A stretch of DNA of 64,000 bases, from the NCBI GenBank assembly GCA_022605425.2, contig CM061251.1:1-64000 (forward strand). Reading direction: 5' to 3'. Positions 49,871 to 60,412 of this stretch are shown here, piece after piece; position 1 is the stretch's first letter, and the number at the start of each line of letters is the position of its first letter. Position numbers and translations under genes: made by a program. The stretch is from Hamiltosporidium tvaerminnensis FI-OER-3-3 (Eukaryota > Fungi > Microsporidia). The notes beneath the pieces are model-generated. The model had not been told where the DNA came from and did not search any database. It saw only the letters and a list, made by a program, of their open reading frames with translations.

Positions 49871-49927
49871 TTTTTTCAACCAAATTGCTATATATTTTTA
49901 ATATTTTTATATATATTTTATATTTTG

Positions 49928-50605
49928 GTGGAGGGAGGATAATCACGTAAAAAAACATCTGCTTGGCAATGAGTATGTGAAATTGGCGTAAAGATTATTG
50001 TTTGGATTTTTAGTGGGAATAAAACCACAATAAATTTTCGGATGCTCCATGGGAGTTTGTATGAGGAGCAGAAAAGGTCTATGAAATGGCGAAACTTTTT
50101 CTAAAAATATATTTTGTAGTTTTTATGTAACCAGATTGTAGATTGCTGTTGAACTTGTAGGTAATTGCCATGTAAAAGCATAGAAATCTAGCCTTGCTTA
50201 CTTGCGTTAGAAGACTTAGCACCTAAGAGATATAAAAAGTTTGTATGACATTGCCTTATCTAAGAAGATCCTGATTTTGTTGGCGAGTTATATCTTAGCT
50301 GGAAGTTTATGGGGTTCGGAAGGTGCAGATTATATAAGAATCTTACATAGTCTTGGAGGGGTTAATATGTAGGTTTGACCTACGATCGCAGTCTATGCAA
50401 CGAACATTAACGAACTCCGGAAAACATATCCCTTATCAATTGGGTTCTACAAACTTTTTAGATGAATGGCGTTGGCGTCGTAGGGGGTGCCTATCCATGG
50501 AGTGTTGAGGTGCAGTTATTTGTGTTAAACCTAGAATGCGTTAATGTCATGAAAACAATGTAACACTTGCCACTGTTTTTAACGATTTGATAGTTTTTAA
50601 ATAAA
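49928..50605 (+). mobile_element. Structured element, diverged copy C (~45-nt internal deletion)
   Basis: Starts GTGGAGGGAGGATAA like copies A and B, colinear to ...AACACTTGCCACTGTTTT...TTTTAAATAAA; lacks the equivalent of ~33620-33665. Confidence 0.9.
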
Positions 50606-50903
50606 AGTTACTGTTATACCTTCTAGAATATTTTCTATTATTTTGGTCCATTTTAATATTTTTTCAATAAAATATTTCAAAAATTCACTTAGTTTTCAAA
50701 TTTACAGTTCTTTATTTTAATTTTTCATTCTTCACATAATTCTATATTTTTCATGCCTTTTAAATATTAATTTTTTTATTATTTCATTTATTTTTTCAAA
50801 TTCATATTTTTTATCTTTTTATTTCTAATCTTTCATTTTCTTAAATTTTTTAAAAAAAATGTTTCAAAAAAAAAGTATTTAAAGATATTTCTTACTGACC
50901 CCT

Positions 50904-51575
50904 ATGGCTCGTACAGAAAGAGATCTTTACGCTTTCAAGGTAGTTCTTATCGGTGATGGAGGTACAGGAAAGACAACATATATAAATCGAGTCAGACAAG
51001 GTGGCTTCATAAAAGATTATGTTGCTACTGTAGGTGCAGTGGTACATGAAGTAAGATTTACAATAAGTGAACAGCACGACATTCTTTTCTACGTGTGGGA
51101 CACTGCTGGTCAAGAAATGCACAGCATTTTGAATGAAACGTATTATTTGGATGCGGATGGTGCAATTATAATGTTTGATATCACTTCCCGTATTACGTTT
51201 ACACATGTTCCTTTCTGGTTACAAAAATTGAGAAATGTAAGTTCTTTGAACAATAACGAAGTACCGGTCGTTGTTTGTGGTAACAAAGTGGATATTAAAG
51301 ATAGAAAAGTCAAAGCCAAACAAATTATGGAAGGACTTTCTCGAGATATTTTACATTACACTGATATCAGTGCCAAGAGTAATTATAATTTTGAAGTTCC
51401 TTTTCTTGTTTTAGCTCGTAGACTTACTGGTATTAATAATTTAGTATTTCTTGCTAATATTAGTCTTGCACCTGCTGAAGTATCTATGAGTGAAGAAGCT
51501 CTTAGAGAATCTATGAACGTTATGCAGGATGTTTATCGTGCCAGAACTATTGAATTACCTGAAGATGAATTATAA
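50904..51575 (+). CDS. RAN: Ran/GSP1 nuclear GTPase, 223 aa
   Basis: GDGGTGKTT, YVATVG, WDTAGQE, CGNKVDIKDRKVKAK, ISAKSNYNFE and acidic tail LPEDEL. Confidence 0.97.
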   Translation: MARTERDLYAFKVVLIGDGGTGKTTYINRVRQGGFIKDYVATVGAVVHEVRFTISEQHDILFYVWDTAGQEMHSILNETYYLDADGAIIMFDITSRITFTHVPFWLQKLRNVSSLNNNEVPVVVCGNKVDIKDRKVKAKQIMEGLSRDILHYTDISAKSNYNFEVPFLVLARRLTGINNLVFLANISLAPAEVSMSEEALRESMNVMQDVYRARTIELPEDEL

Positions 51576-51961
51576 TGAGGATATTTAAATAAAGAAATGA
51601 TTTGGTGAAATTTAATTTTTGATTTATTTTTAAATTCTATTTATGTTTGGTGGGTGCAATTTAAATTCTTTCTAATATTTTTTTTAAATATTTTTTTATT
51701 CGTTTTTTTTGTTATCTCGTTTTTAATTCTCGGTTTGTAATAGAAAAATTTTTTTTTTCATATTTTTTTTATCGTTTTTTTTTGTAATTGTCTTTTATTG
51801 TTTCTTGTCGTAGAATAAAAAAATATTTTTGTTCGTTTTTTTTATAAAAATTTACATTAATTGAATCTGTTTTTGGTTTTATTAAGAAAAATAAATAAAT
51901 ATTTTGAAAATCGAAAAATATTTTTTTTTAATTTTTAAACATTTTACTCTTTCTTTGGCAA

Positions 51962-52585
51962 TTAATCTGAATTGGTTTCATCAAATGAATATTCTTCAGA
52001 TTGAATTTCATCGATATCATCGTTTTTAAATTGAATTTCATCAGAATGTTTTTCGTCAGATTGAATTTCATAGACAGGATCTTCTTTAAAATGAATCTCA
52101 TCGGAATGGTTTTCTTCTTGCTGAAGTTCATCAAAATATGATTCATTGACATTTTTTTTCTTTGAATAATTGTTTGAAGACTGGATTTTATTAGAATTTC
52201 TGGAAGACTGAATTTTATCAGAGTTGTTTTTAGAAGAATTAATTTTAGCAGTATGGTTTTTAGAAGATTGATTTATTTCGGTGTAATTGTCAGAAGATTC
52301 GTATAAATCGGTATGATTTTTTTCAGCTTCAAGAAATCTATACTTCTTATATTGATCAACTAAAACTACCGGGTTAGCTTCAGATAAAAACGTAATAATA
52401 CACATATCATTGAATCTAGGATGATTTATTTGTCTATGTCGTTCTTCTTGAGACACAATATATCCGTCGGTACCAAATCCGCATAATATTTCAACATTTT
52501 CAGTTGAATTCCCATTTTTGTGTTCGTTTGTTTTTATTCCACACACAGCCACTACAATGTATAAATATAAATAAAATATTTCCAT
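51962..52585 (-). CDS. Putative secreted protein with 10-aa tandem repeats, 207 aa
   Basis: Hydrophobic N-terminus MEIFYLYLYIVVAVCG; C-terminal half made of ~10-aa units (NHSDEIHFKE, KHSDEIQFKN, NNSDKIQSSR). Confidence 0.75.
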   Translation of the reverse strand: MEIFYLYLYIVVAVCGIKTNEHKNGNSTENVEILCGFGTDGYIVSQEERHRQINHPRFNDMCIITFLSEANPVVLVDQYKKYRFLEAEKNHTDLYESSDNYTEINQSSKNHTAKINSSKNNSDKIQSSRNSNKIQSSNNYSKKKNVNESYFDELQQEENHSDEIHFKEDPVYEIQSDEKHSDEIQFKNDDIDEIQSEEYSFDETNSD

Positions 52586-52627
52586 TTTTATATTTCTTAT
52601 CCGCGTGTATTTATACTTTTAAATTTA

Positions 52628-52794
52628 ATTTCAACAAATCTATAATGTTCTTATTTCTTTAAAAAGAAATACTCAATTGTATTTAAAAGTATGTTTGTAT
52701 TTAAACTTTTAAGGAAATATTAACTTATTAAAGTATAAAGATTCTGAGTATTTAAACATTTAAAGAAATAAGAATATTGTAGATTTATTGAAAT
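52628..52794. repeat. 36-bp inverted repeat (3 mismatches) with ~95-bp spacer
   Basis: 52628-52663 ATTTCAACAAATCTATAATGTTCTTATTTCTTTAAA versus the reverse complement of 52759-52794; inner extension AAATACTCA/TGAGTATTT. Confidence 0.85.
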
Positions 52795-54289
52795 AGAATA
52801 ATAAATATCAATGGACCAAAATTTTCTTGTGTATTTAGACATTTTAAGAAATTTTATCAAATATGTTTTTAAAAATAAACATTAATTTATGATAGTAACA
52901 AATATTTACTTTTAAAGCTTTGAAGGAATATTCTTTGTATAAAAAAAATAAAGTAAGAATCTATTCGTTCTTTAATATTTTTTTTATTATAAAGTATAAT
53001 TTAATTAAAAAATAGAAATATTTTTCAGGCAAATTGAACACATTATTTTAGAAGAAACAGGTTTTAGCAAAAATTTATGGTTAAGTATATAAATTTTTAT
53101 AAGAATATTGAATATAAATTTACTTTACATAGACAAATAAATAATAAAGGTAATGATTTAAGGAAATTTATTACTTTCGAATTGAGCATATTAAATAACT
53201 ATTTTTTCATTTTTGAAGTATTTTTTTACATTTTTTAATTATTTGTGTATAGAAATAGCTTATTGGATCAATTAAAAGAAATTTTATATAAGTTTCAAGA
53301 GTAAGAGTCTATTTGATTTATAAAATATATCAAGAAAAGCTTCAAAAATGTGTTGCCCTAAGAATAAAATTCATTTCAAAAATCAAGGAGAATAAAAGTA
53401 AAAATTTGTTTAAAATTAAGTCTTATTTAGACGCAAATTTTATATTCGAAAGTTATAAAAGTTTTGAATATAAAATTTATACAATATTAGATTATTTATT
53501 TATATATGTTTTTTTCATTTTTCCGCTTTCGTTTAACTGGCTCAAAATATCACTTTCGGTCTTATGTCTTCTAAACTTATAGATTCGATAATTTTAGATT
53601 TTTTTGCTAATATACTTTCCCAGTTGCTAAATATTTTTACGATTTTTATGGTTGTATAGTATATTTGCTATTCTGGTAGAAATAGAGAACAGTGGGCCTT
53701 TTACTCTGACATTTATTATTATAGAAGTATGGATTGATGCAGCAAAGTCTCGCGCTGCTAAGAGCAAAATGTAAAAAACTAGTGACAAATTATTACGTGT
53801 AACGAAAAAAATATCATGATGAATATAGAGCAGGGTAAAGCATGTTCAATAGGATAAAATCTAAATACTTGCCTATTTAAAGTCAAGGAGAGGTTTAAAA
53901 ACCCACAATATAAACTGTTGGAATCGGTTCTTCAAAATTTTTTAAACAAATGACCAAAACATATAAAAAATATTTAATAAAATAACCTTAAATCTATTTC
54001 ATCGCCACCTTAATTTTCTTCTACGGATGGCAAGTCAGAAAACAGAGGAGAGAAACTACCACTAATTTCTTCAAAAATGATTCCTTAAGATCGTAAGTAC
54101 CAGTGTAAGAACCCACGTATATTCCGCTACAAAGATTCAAAATGATTTATCTGAGTATGATATGATATTTACATTTGATTAAAGACCACGTACCTGGAAT
54201 TGTAATCGTTTCGAACCGTCATTTTCAGGTGTTTTAAACAGGAAAGAGGTCGATGGTGAAATAAAGATTATCCCCGAGATCATTTGTTC

Positions 54290-54550
54290 CTAATTTTAGA
54301 TATCCTTGCATAGCTCTTTCCAGAATTTGAATCATGACCCCAATCCTCTTTTCAATCAAAAAAATCAAAATTGGTTTTTTGGCTATATACGACTGATTTT
54401 AACTCTCTGTCCTTACTGGTAAGCTTTTAGAGCATAATATGCCATGTTGTACAATACCATCCAAAATTATCACATAAAGAGTTATCTCTATATTAAATTT
54501 ATAAATAAGACCCAATTCATTGGCTAAAAATCCGTACTTCCATAGTTTGT
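54290..54550 (-). mobile_element. Old 3' fragment of the RLE retrotransposon family
   Basis: Minus strand encodes KLWKYGFLANELGLIYKFNIEITLYVIILDGIV, homologous to KLRKYDLLANELGLIYKCSVEIIPYVMTWDGIV. Confidence 0.85.
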
Positions 54551-56018
54551 GGTGTGAGAATTCGAAGCGACTTTTTTAAAACAATTCAGATAAAAAATAG
54601 CTATCTTATTAAATCAATAAAAACATTAATCTTTTAATTTTTTTTTGTAAGTCTGCTTGAATATTTTTTGTTTTTTGATATCCGATGAAGAGAATATTCT
54701 TAAATTCTATGTTTGTGACATAAATTATTTTTACATTTTTTCTTTATATGATACAGTCAAAAACAAAAAAAAAGTGAAAATCAGATTTTTTTCTATTTTC
54801 TTTTCTTGTAAAAAAAATAATTGAATACATGGGTAAAATAAGAATTAATTAATTAACTAAATGATTTTTAAATATACAAATAAGCGATAAAAATTTTCTT
54901 TTTATTATTCAATGTAAGGGTTAATTGCTATTTTAATATTTTTAAGCAACCATTACAATTCAAAGAAAAGCTAAATGATTTTAAAAGAATTCTATATTTA
55001 AAAGAATTTCTAAATCGAAAAAATTGCGATATTTTATAGTAAAAAACAACCAATCATTTATGCGTATTTGTCTTTTTCTATTAAATTCAGAATATTTTTT
55101 CTTTTTTAAATTTTCCTTAAAAACTTATTTTCCTAAAATAAACTTATATCACTTTTTAATTTACTTTCTCAATTTTCGTTCTCACTAGATTTTAAATTTT
55201 TAATAATGTATATTTTCTTTATTTTTTTTATTATTTTTATAAATTGCATGAACATTAATTCTATATCTTTTCTTATCTAATCAATATTATAATATACTAA
55301 TTATCAATTTTAATTTACTTCAAAAGTCTAACAAGTGAATTTAGGCTTTTTGGTGTTATTAAAGATAAACTTCAAATTCCTTTACATTTGAAGATCTTTT
55401 AACAAAAAAAAATATTTCCATTTTTTTTATTCAAATAGATATCTAGACAAAACCTATAATTTGTTGGAATATCATCTAACAAGGAACAACATAAATAAAA
55501 AAAAATCAATAATAAAAAATAAAAAAATTATATATAAATCAATAAAAATAGAGAATTAAAATATAAAAAAAAACAGGTATAAAACCAATTAAACAAACAA
55601 TAAAAGCTACTGTATTAAAATAATACATTTATTTCTTTATTTGATATAATAATTTTAAAATTTACCAAAAATATAATTTAATAGATTTTTTATAGTAAAT
55701 CTATTTAATTTTTTCTATAAAAGTATCAAACAATAGAATTTATTGTATAAATATTTTAATAACCATTCATATAAATATTTATTTTAAAAAATTTTCAAAT
55801 TTTTTATTTACAAATAAGTTAAAGTATTATTTAGTTTTAAATACAACTTTATTTCTTTCTTTAAGAATTAAGAAATATTAAAATTATTTTTTTTAAATAT
55901 TTTTTCTTTAATTTAACGGTATTTCTCTTTTATATTTGCCTCTTCTTTTTTTATTTTTTTAAAAAATTAATTTATCTTTATAAAAGGGCCTCTTATAGAA
56001 AAATAACTACAAATAAAG

Positions 56019-57623
56019 ATGAATGAGTCTGATACAAATTTTACAAATTATAAAGATATAAACTGCAATTCAGAATCTACTTTGAACATATTGATACATG
56101 AATATCTTGTAAAGAAAGAATTTAGTGGTGCAGCTAAAATTTTCAAATTGGAGGCAAATGTTTCTGATTATGTTGAATCTACTAATTCACCTGTATTGCT
56201 GGAGTGGTATAGTGTTTTTAATGAGATATGTATGGTTAGATCGGGTGTTTGTACAGATCAAGATCAATTATCCAGAATAGAAGGAATAATGATGAAATTG
56301 GAAAATGAAAAAAGAAGACACGCAAATATAATAAAAACAGATCATCCTGTACCGTATCCATACAGATTTGAAGAAGATATGAATATTTATAATAGAAAAT
56401 ATGCTGTAAATGATCCATACGCATATATGCCACCTCCACAGTTTCATCCAATGTATGGACCAGATAGAAGAAATATACCACCAGAGGAATATCATAGACA
56501 ATATTATAATAACAGAACGCCGGGACCAGAATATTATGATCATATGAAAGGACATATGCAATTTAGAGGACCGCGTGAAATGTCACCATACGCAGATCAA
56601 TATATGAATAAAAGATCACCCAAACCACCAATGAATTATAAACAACAGTCACCAAAACTAAAACCAAAAATTGTTGAAATTCCAGAAAAGACTGAGCAAA
56701 TCCCCAAAGAAGTAAATCTAGAATCCAATAGAAAAACACTTTCGCTCATAAATACTTTTAAGTTACACACACAAAAAATTACGTGTATGGCAATTTCGTT
56801 AGAATCAAAATATTTATTTACCGGTGGAAGCGACAAATTTCTTAATATCATAAATTTACGAGATATGAAAAGAGAACTTAATTTTGAACCTTTTAATAAA
56901 CAAATTACCGATATAAAAGTCAAAGAAACCCGGACAGAAATATATATTTGTGTCAGCTCATTAGAAAAAGAATTAAAACTTTTTAAATACAAAATTTCTG
57001 AATCCGCAGAGGAAAACAGATTGGAATGTATTTCTCTATTGAACGGACACAAAGGTGGAATATTGAGTATAGATTTTGCAGAAGACGGTGTTTTTAGTGT
57101 TGATATTGATGGAGAAATACGAAAATGGAATATGAAAGGCGAAATACTAAAAACAGTTCCTACAGGAGACGGTGTCAAATCAATTTGCTATTTCGGTAAA
57201 AATTCCTTGATAGTCAGCGACCGTAATAAAGTTTATTTGATGGATTTTTATAAAAATGAAATTATTAGAGAATTGGTAAAAGAAAGTGCAACCACCATAA
57301 AAAGATGCCCAGGTGGATATCTGATGTGTCTCAGAAACCAAGTTGCTGTTTTTGATGAAAATTTAAATAGAATCAATACTTTACCATCGGCAGGAGACAA
57401 ACCACAATCAGCATGTCTACTTATGGATAACTCTGTACTAGTAGGATGCTACCAAAATATTTTTCAACACGGAATTGGTTCAGTAATTAGTATTAAGGCA
57501 CATGATAATATGGTGACTTGTCTAGATTCAATAGTAATATTTAATAAGTGTTATGTCGTTAGTTGTTCACAAAGTGGTGAATGTAAAATATGGGGATATG
57601 GAATGAGAGAGACAAGTAAATAA
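56019..57623 (+). CDS. LisH/LUFS + P/Y-rich low-complexity + WD40 protein, probable transcriptional co-regulator, 534 aa
   Basis: LNILIHEYLVKKEFSGAAKIFKLEA (LisH) plus LLEWYSVFNEI (LUFS extension); WD repeats HTQKIT..LFTGGSDK, GHKGGIL..GEIRKW, AHDNMVT..GECKIW. Confidence 0.85.
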   Translation: MNESDTNFTNYKDINCNSESTLNILIHEYLVKKEFSGAAKIFKLEANVSDYVESTNSPVLLEWYSVFNEICMVRSGVCTDQDQLSRIEGIMMKLENEKRRHANIIKTDHPVPYPYRFEEDMNIYNRKYAVNDPYAYMPPPQFHPMYGPDRRNIPPEEYHRQYYNNRTPGPEYYDHMKGHMQFRGPREMSPYADQYMNKRSPKPPMNYKQQSPKLKPKIVEIPEKTEQIPKEVNLESNRKTLSLINTFKLHTQKITCMAISLESKYLFTGGSDKFLNIINLRDMKRELNFEPFNKQITDIKVKETRTEIYICVSSLEKELKLFKYKISESAEENRLECISLLNGHKGGILSIDFAEDGVFSVDIDGEIRKWNMKGEILKTVPTGDGVKSICYFGKNSLIVSDRNKVYLMDFYKNEIIRELVKESATTIKRCPGGYLMCLRNQVAVFDENLNRINTLPSAGDKPQSACLLMDNSVLVGCYQNIFQHGIGSVISIKAHDNMVTCLDSIVIFNKCYVVSCSQSGECKIWGYGMRETSK

Positions 57624-58391
57624 AATATTAATTTTTACCCTTTTTTTAATTTATCAAATATAAAAATATTTTATAATTTTTTTTCTAATGTATTGGATAT
57701 TTGAAAGTAAACTTTATCTAAGATTTTTGACTATAAATTTAGGATTTGGAATTTAATAAATTATTTTAAATTGCGAAATATTTTTTTAAGATTTTTAAAT
57801 TTATGATTTGCATTTTAATAAAATTATTCTAAATTGCAAATTGATGCTTTCTAAATTTGTTTTGAATTTTTTTCAATCCAAATTAAATAAAATTATTGTA
57901 AATTACAAAATATTTGTTAAATTTACAATCTAAATTCAACTAACAACATTTTAAATATCAAAATATTTCTTTTTAATTTCTTTTTGATTCTTGACAATTA
58001 AGTTTCAAATAAAATTATTCAAAGTTTTTTTTACTCATTTCATAATAAATTTACAACAAATTATAAAGCAATATTGAAATATATTTAATAAATAAATTTA
58101 AAGTAAATTTTAATCAAATATCTATTATTTCTTTATATGTTACTTTAAACTTTGTGTTTCTAATTCCTATTTATTGTCTAATATCTTATATCAATGATTT
58201 TGTTTTTATTTGTTGTTTTTTTTCAATTTGATTGCTTATTTCATATCTTATATCAATAACCTTATTATTATTGGTAATTTGTCTCAATTCCTTTATTTTT
58301 TTAGTAAACAAATTAAAAAAAAATTGTTTTGAATTTTATTTTTTGTTTTGTTTATTTCTATAAAAATAAAAAAAAAAATAAAATCCTTTAC

Positions 58392-58592
58392 ATGAAAGAC
58401 GATGACAATAATGAATATAAATTTTTAGAATCACTAAAAAATAGTGAAAGACAAATGTTAGAAGGAGCAACATGTCCTTGTTGTGATAAGTATTATTCTA
58501 ATTACAACAGTGTAAACAAATCTTCTAGGCATCGTAATAAATCAAGAAGGTCTATTACACCACCTGGGTATTGGGATTTATATATGGACTAA
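58392..58592 (+). CDS. Minimal SAE2/CtIP/Ctp1 C-terminal-domain protein, 66 aa
   Basis: ERQMLEGATCPCCDKYY (RxxLxGxxCxxCxxYY), SRHR and TPPGYWD match the SAE2/CtIP domain; first ATG at 58392 after an A-run and CCTTTAC. Confidence 0.85.
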   Translation: MKDDDNNEYKFLESLKNSERQMLEGATCPCCDKYYSNYNSVNKSSRHRNKSRRSITPPGYWDLYMD

Positions 58593-59691
58593 CATATGGG
58601 GTATTAAATAATTACAATATACTTCTTTGTTTTTTTATAGTTTTATTTCTATGTTCTTCAAATTTTCTTGTTTCGTTAAATAAGTAAAACATTTCTTTTC
58701 TTTATTCCTACGTTTGTTAAAGTTGTTTTATATCTTTAAATAATTATGAAATATTTCTGTATTTTCTAGCAAGGAAATGTAATAATAGAATTTGTAGTAA
58801 TAAAAGGGGATTTTTACTTGAAATTTTGCAATACATTTATTCAAAATCAATAAATTTATTGGACATCTTTTGTTGCATTTGGTAAGTTACAATCCATTTA
58901 TTTAAATGTAGAATATAGTGTTTTAATAGCCCACCATCTATATAAAATAAAAAATTTTATTTTTAAAGTTATAAAGAAAATGTAAATCGGAATGTATGGT
59001 GAAATTACCGGGATTTATAATAATTTATTATACTTTTAAATTTGTAAATAAAATATAAATTATATTAGAATTTGTATTAAATTATGTTCACATTTACTAT
59101 AAAATTAGTGTAAATTTTAAAGTTAATTTGTATGAAGACAAATTATATATTGGTCATAAAAAGTACAGAATAATAAAAGCAGTAATTTGTTAAAAAGACT
59201 CTTTTATAAGTTAAATTCCAATATAAAATAACAATCGTTTATAAAAACTGGCTGTTAACTCTGTAGAAACGAACTAAATTTTAAAGTTGGCGGAAAAGAA
59301 GTAAGATCGAATAATCCGATTAAGCTCAATTACCGAAGCCATGGTTTTTCTTTCTTTTCAATTAAAATTTTATAGCCTAACCTATTTTGTTTACTCGTAA
59401 ATTATTTGGTTTTTAATATTTGCATTTTAAGCCTAATCTGAGATATTAATATAAAAAATCAAAATCTTTAATACATTTCATTAAGTGAATTTTCAGCATT
59501 CTGTTTGTTTGCGGTAACTTTCCCGGTGGCTTTGACTCATTATTTTTTTTTTGCTCATTTAAGTTAAATATATTTTATACCCTTCTGTATTTTTTTCATT
59601 TAGATACTTACGTGCAGTGTTTTCTTTGTCTGTAAAATCGGGTTTTCTGCGCTTATTATAATTAGAAATTCAATAATTTCATAACTTTCTT

Positions 59692-60412
59692 GTTAGAGGA
59701 AGGATAACCCCATAAAAAACTTTCTGCTTGGCAATGAGTGTGTGAAACTGGTGTGAGATCAGTGTTTAGATTGTTGGAGAAACAAAACCACAACATTACA
59801 TCTTCGGTTGTTCCATGGGAGTTGTTATGAGGAATAGAGGTCTAGAAATGGCGAAACTTCTTCTACCGATTTATTTGTAGTTTTTTACGAAACTAGATTA
59901 GAGACCACGGCTGAACTTAGGTAATTGCCATATAAAAGCATGGAAACCTAGCTTTGCAGACTCTTGTTGGAAGACTTAGTGCCTATGAGATTTAAAAATA
60001 TAACCCTTTAAAGACCGGAAAGCTAAGTAGCAGGTTATACCTGTTGGTATGACATTGCACTGTTTAGGTGGACCCCATGTAAATCTCTGAAATATATCTT
60101 AGCTAGAAGTTTATTAAGTTCAGAAAGTTTCGAGTAAGTTAGAATACTAATAGTCTTGGGGGAGCCTAAGGGGGGCTTCGGCCTTCGATCAAACTCCATG
60201 CAACGGACATTAACGAACTCCGGGCAACTGCCTCGCTTAGTAATTAGGTTCTACACACCTGGTAGATGAAATGCTTTGGGAGTAGGTATAGAAGGGTTTA
60301 CCGATGGAGTGTTGGGGTAGCGGTTATTTATTATAACCTAGAACTGCGCTAATTTCATAAAAGCAAATATAACACTTGTCACTATTTTAAAAACATGTGA
60401 TACTTTTAAATA
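59692..60412 (+). mobile_element. ~720-nt structured element (copy D)
   Basis: Colinear with copy A over the full length; possible eroded TSD ATAACTTTCTT (59681) / ATAACATTCTT (60421). Confidence 0.92.

Noticed and set aside
49866-49958. N-terminal extension of the 279-aa ORF into copy C
   Set aside because: Crosses the candidate TSD and AT-rich spacer; the ATG at 49865 is the plausible start.
44461-50605. Copies B and C as LTRs flanking the RT element
   Set aside because: They are clearly diverged from each other, copy B has its own TSD, a host NAC-like gene lies between them, and the RT is non-LTR type with its own candidate TSD.
56236-57178. Antisense ORFs overlapping real genes (also 8432-8776, 45446-45748, 46113-46433, 47166-47495, 50892-51206)
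   Set aside because: Shadow frames of well-supported opposite-strand coding sequences.
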